Of a stretch of 32,000 bases of DNA, positions 28,430-32,000 are shown one piece after another. Location: assembly GCF_000300075.1 (NCBI RefSeq), contig NC_018677.1, positions 90,001 through 122,000 on the forward strand, read 5' to 3'. The translations under genes and the position numbers were made by a program. How positions within the stretch are numbered: position 1 is the first letter of the stretch; each line of letters starts with the position of its first letter. The notes beneath the pieces were generated by a model, which was not told the origin of the DNA, did not search any database, and saw only the letters and a program-made list of their open reading frames with translations. This DNA comes from Candidatus Saccharimonadota bacterium. GTDB taxonomy: Bacteria; Pseudomonadota; Gammaproteobacteria; Johnevansiales; Johnevansiaceae.

Positions 28430-29200
28430 AATCTCATATTAGTTTATTAAATAGTTAGTTAGTAAAAAGAATTGAAAAAGGTGGTTAAAGTTAAAATATA
28501 CGTAAAAATTAATAGATAGAAAATATATGTTTGATAGAATGCAAAAGTAAGATAAAAAAACATTAAAAGTTAGAAAATAGTTAATAGGTGGAGAAGGGAA
28601 ATTGTTAGTAAAGGATAGAGGATAGGTGTAAAAAAAGAAATTAGAGAGTAGAAAATAGAGGAAAAAAAAGAAAGGAAAAGATTGTGGTTGTTAATAAAAA
28701 AAAGAGTTTAGGAAATGGTGGTAAAAGTAAAGTGCAAAGAAGTAAAAAGAAAAAGGTTTGTTAGGAAAAAAAGTTAAGGTAGTTAAAAGGAGTTGTATAA
28801 AGTAAAGAGAGTAAAAGGTAGAAAAAGCAGAGAAAAAGTAAAAAGAGGTAGTAAGGTAATAGGGGTAGAAAGGAAGAGGAAAGGTAAAAAGAGAGAAAGG
28901 GTAGAATAGAGAATAGGTGAAGGCAAGAAGTAGCAGTATGAGGATGTGTAAAAGTGAAAAATTGTAGTTAGTAGTAATATGTGTAGATGTTGATAGCAGG
29001 TGAAGTCAAAACAATAGAGTAAAATAAAAATTAAGGTATGTAAGTTTTTAAAAGCAGTAATAGTTTGTAAAAAGTAAAAGTACAGAATATGAAATAAATA
29101 GTTGGAAGCATAAATAATGAAAAATTGTGTAATTAATAGATAATATAAAAGTGAGTACTTGTTTAGGTTTTCATATATTATAAAGACGAAATAAAGATCT

Positions 29201-30740
<1,540 letters not shown>

Positions 30741-30783
30741 AAAAAAAGTCTTTATGAATAAAGAAGTACTTAAAACAAGTAGT

Positions 30784-30856
30784 GGGTCTGTAGCTCAGTT
30801 GGTAGAGCACACCCCTGATAAGGGTGAGGGCGGTAGTTCAAGTCTGCCCAGACCCA
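30784..30856 (+). tRNA. tRNA-Ile (anticodon GAU) in the 16S-23S spacer; CCA is not encoded
   Basis: The acceptor stem GGGTCTG pairs with CAGACCC, and the discriminator is A. The D arm is TAGCTCAGTTGGTAGAGCA. The anticodon loop is CTGATAA, with GAT at 30817-30819. The T arm is GGTAGTTCAAGTCTGCC. It is nearly identical in outline to E. coli tRNA-Ile1. The following bases are AGAG, not CCA. Confidence 0.93.
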
Positions 30857-30880
30857 AGAGTGAATGTATAAAATTAAAAA

Positions 30881-32000
<1,120 letters not shown>

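Larger units (their letters stand above)
26677..29200. other. 2.5-kb non-coding spacer between rpmG and the 16S rRNA gene, made of compositional blocks. These are T/C/A-rich and G-poor (to ~26790); G+T-rich and C-poor (~26790-27890); A/C/T with almost no G (~27925-28190, microsatellites); and purine-rich and almost C-free (~28190-29200).
   Basis: No credible ORF; the 175-aa antisense ORF at 28783-29310 is poly-pyrimidine-encoded low complexity and runs into 16S. By my count, 28562-28923 (362 nt) contains only two C (28735, 28828). Confidence 0.85.

Noticed and set aside
29125-29184. Promoter-like hexamers lie close to the 16S 5' end: TTGTGT 29125-29130 with TATAAA 29144-29149, and TTGTTT 29159-29164 with TATAAA 29179-29184.
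   Set aside because: The spacers are 13-14 nt, outside the 16-18 nt window. The second pair would start transcription almost at the mature 5' end. Such weak hexamers are ubiquitous in AT-rich DNA.
8729-29200. Structured ncRNA genes (4.5S/ffs, tmRNA, RNase P RNA, extra tRNAs) might be hidden in the spacers.
   Set aside because: Near absence of either C or G on a given strand precludes the G-C helices these RNAs need. I could not find conserved cores such as the SRP GGAA tetraloop helix or a T-loop GTTCRANYC outside the annotated tRNA-Ile.

Overview
This is a strongly AT-rich window from a highly reduced gammaproteobacterial insect-endosymbiont genome. The 16S gene carries TGCAAGTCGAGCGGCATCAT and the complement of AAAGTTCCCGCCTTATGCGT. 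From memory these are the 'Candidatus Portiera aleyrodidarum' (whitefly primary symbiont) diagnostic primer sites, so that is my best organism guess; confirm by BLAST. Gene content is entirely housekeeping information processing and almost all on the + strand. It runs fusA(3' part)-tuf, then a contiguous S10/spc/alpha ribosomal-protein cluster (rpsJ to rplQ, with secY, rpmJ and rpoA; rpmD is absent). After that come rplU-rpmA-obg, rpsT, ileS, prfB-lysS, rsmD (- strand), rpoH and rpmB-rpmG. The window ends with an rRNA operon: 16S, tRNA-Ile(GAU) and the 5' 1.1 kb of 23S. I see no mobile elements, CRISPR, defence, toxin or secretion loci, and no convincing novel protein-coding system. The unusual biology is in the non-coding DNA and in translational/transcriptional recoding. 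(1) Four inflated ORF-free spacers (0.54-2.5 kb), one splitting the spc operon, are built of blocks that each use an almost three-letter alphabet (C-free or G-free on the + strand). Each block carries period-6/7/8 microsatellites drawn from its own alphabet. (2) ileS is full length but broken by a single frameshift inside an A10 run. At least six other A10-A11 runs sit in frame inside essential genes. (3) prfB keeps the programmed +1 frameshift, with a UUU_UGA_C slippery site. (4) A near-consensus sigma-70 promoter sits alone about 1.2 kb upstream of 16S and fires straight into an (AAAAAC)10 array. Expanded repeat-rich intergenic DNA has, as I recall, been described for the Bemisia lineage of Portiera (Sloan and Moran 2013, from memory). 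The spacer inflation itself is therefore probably not new; the block, alphabet and polarity structure may be.
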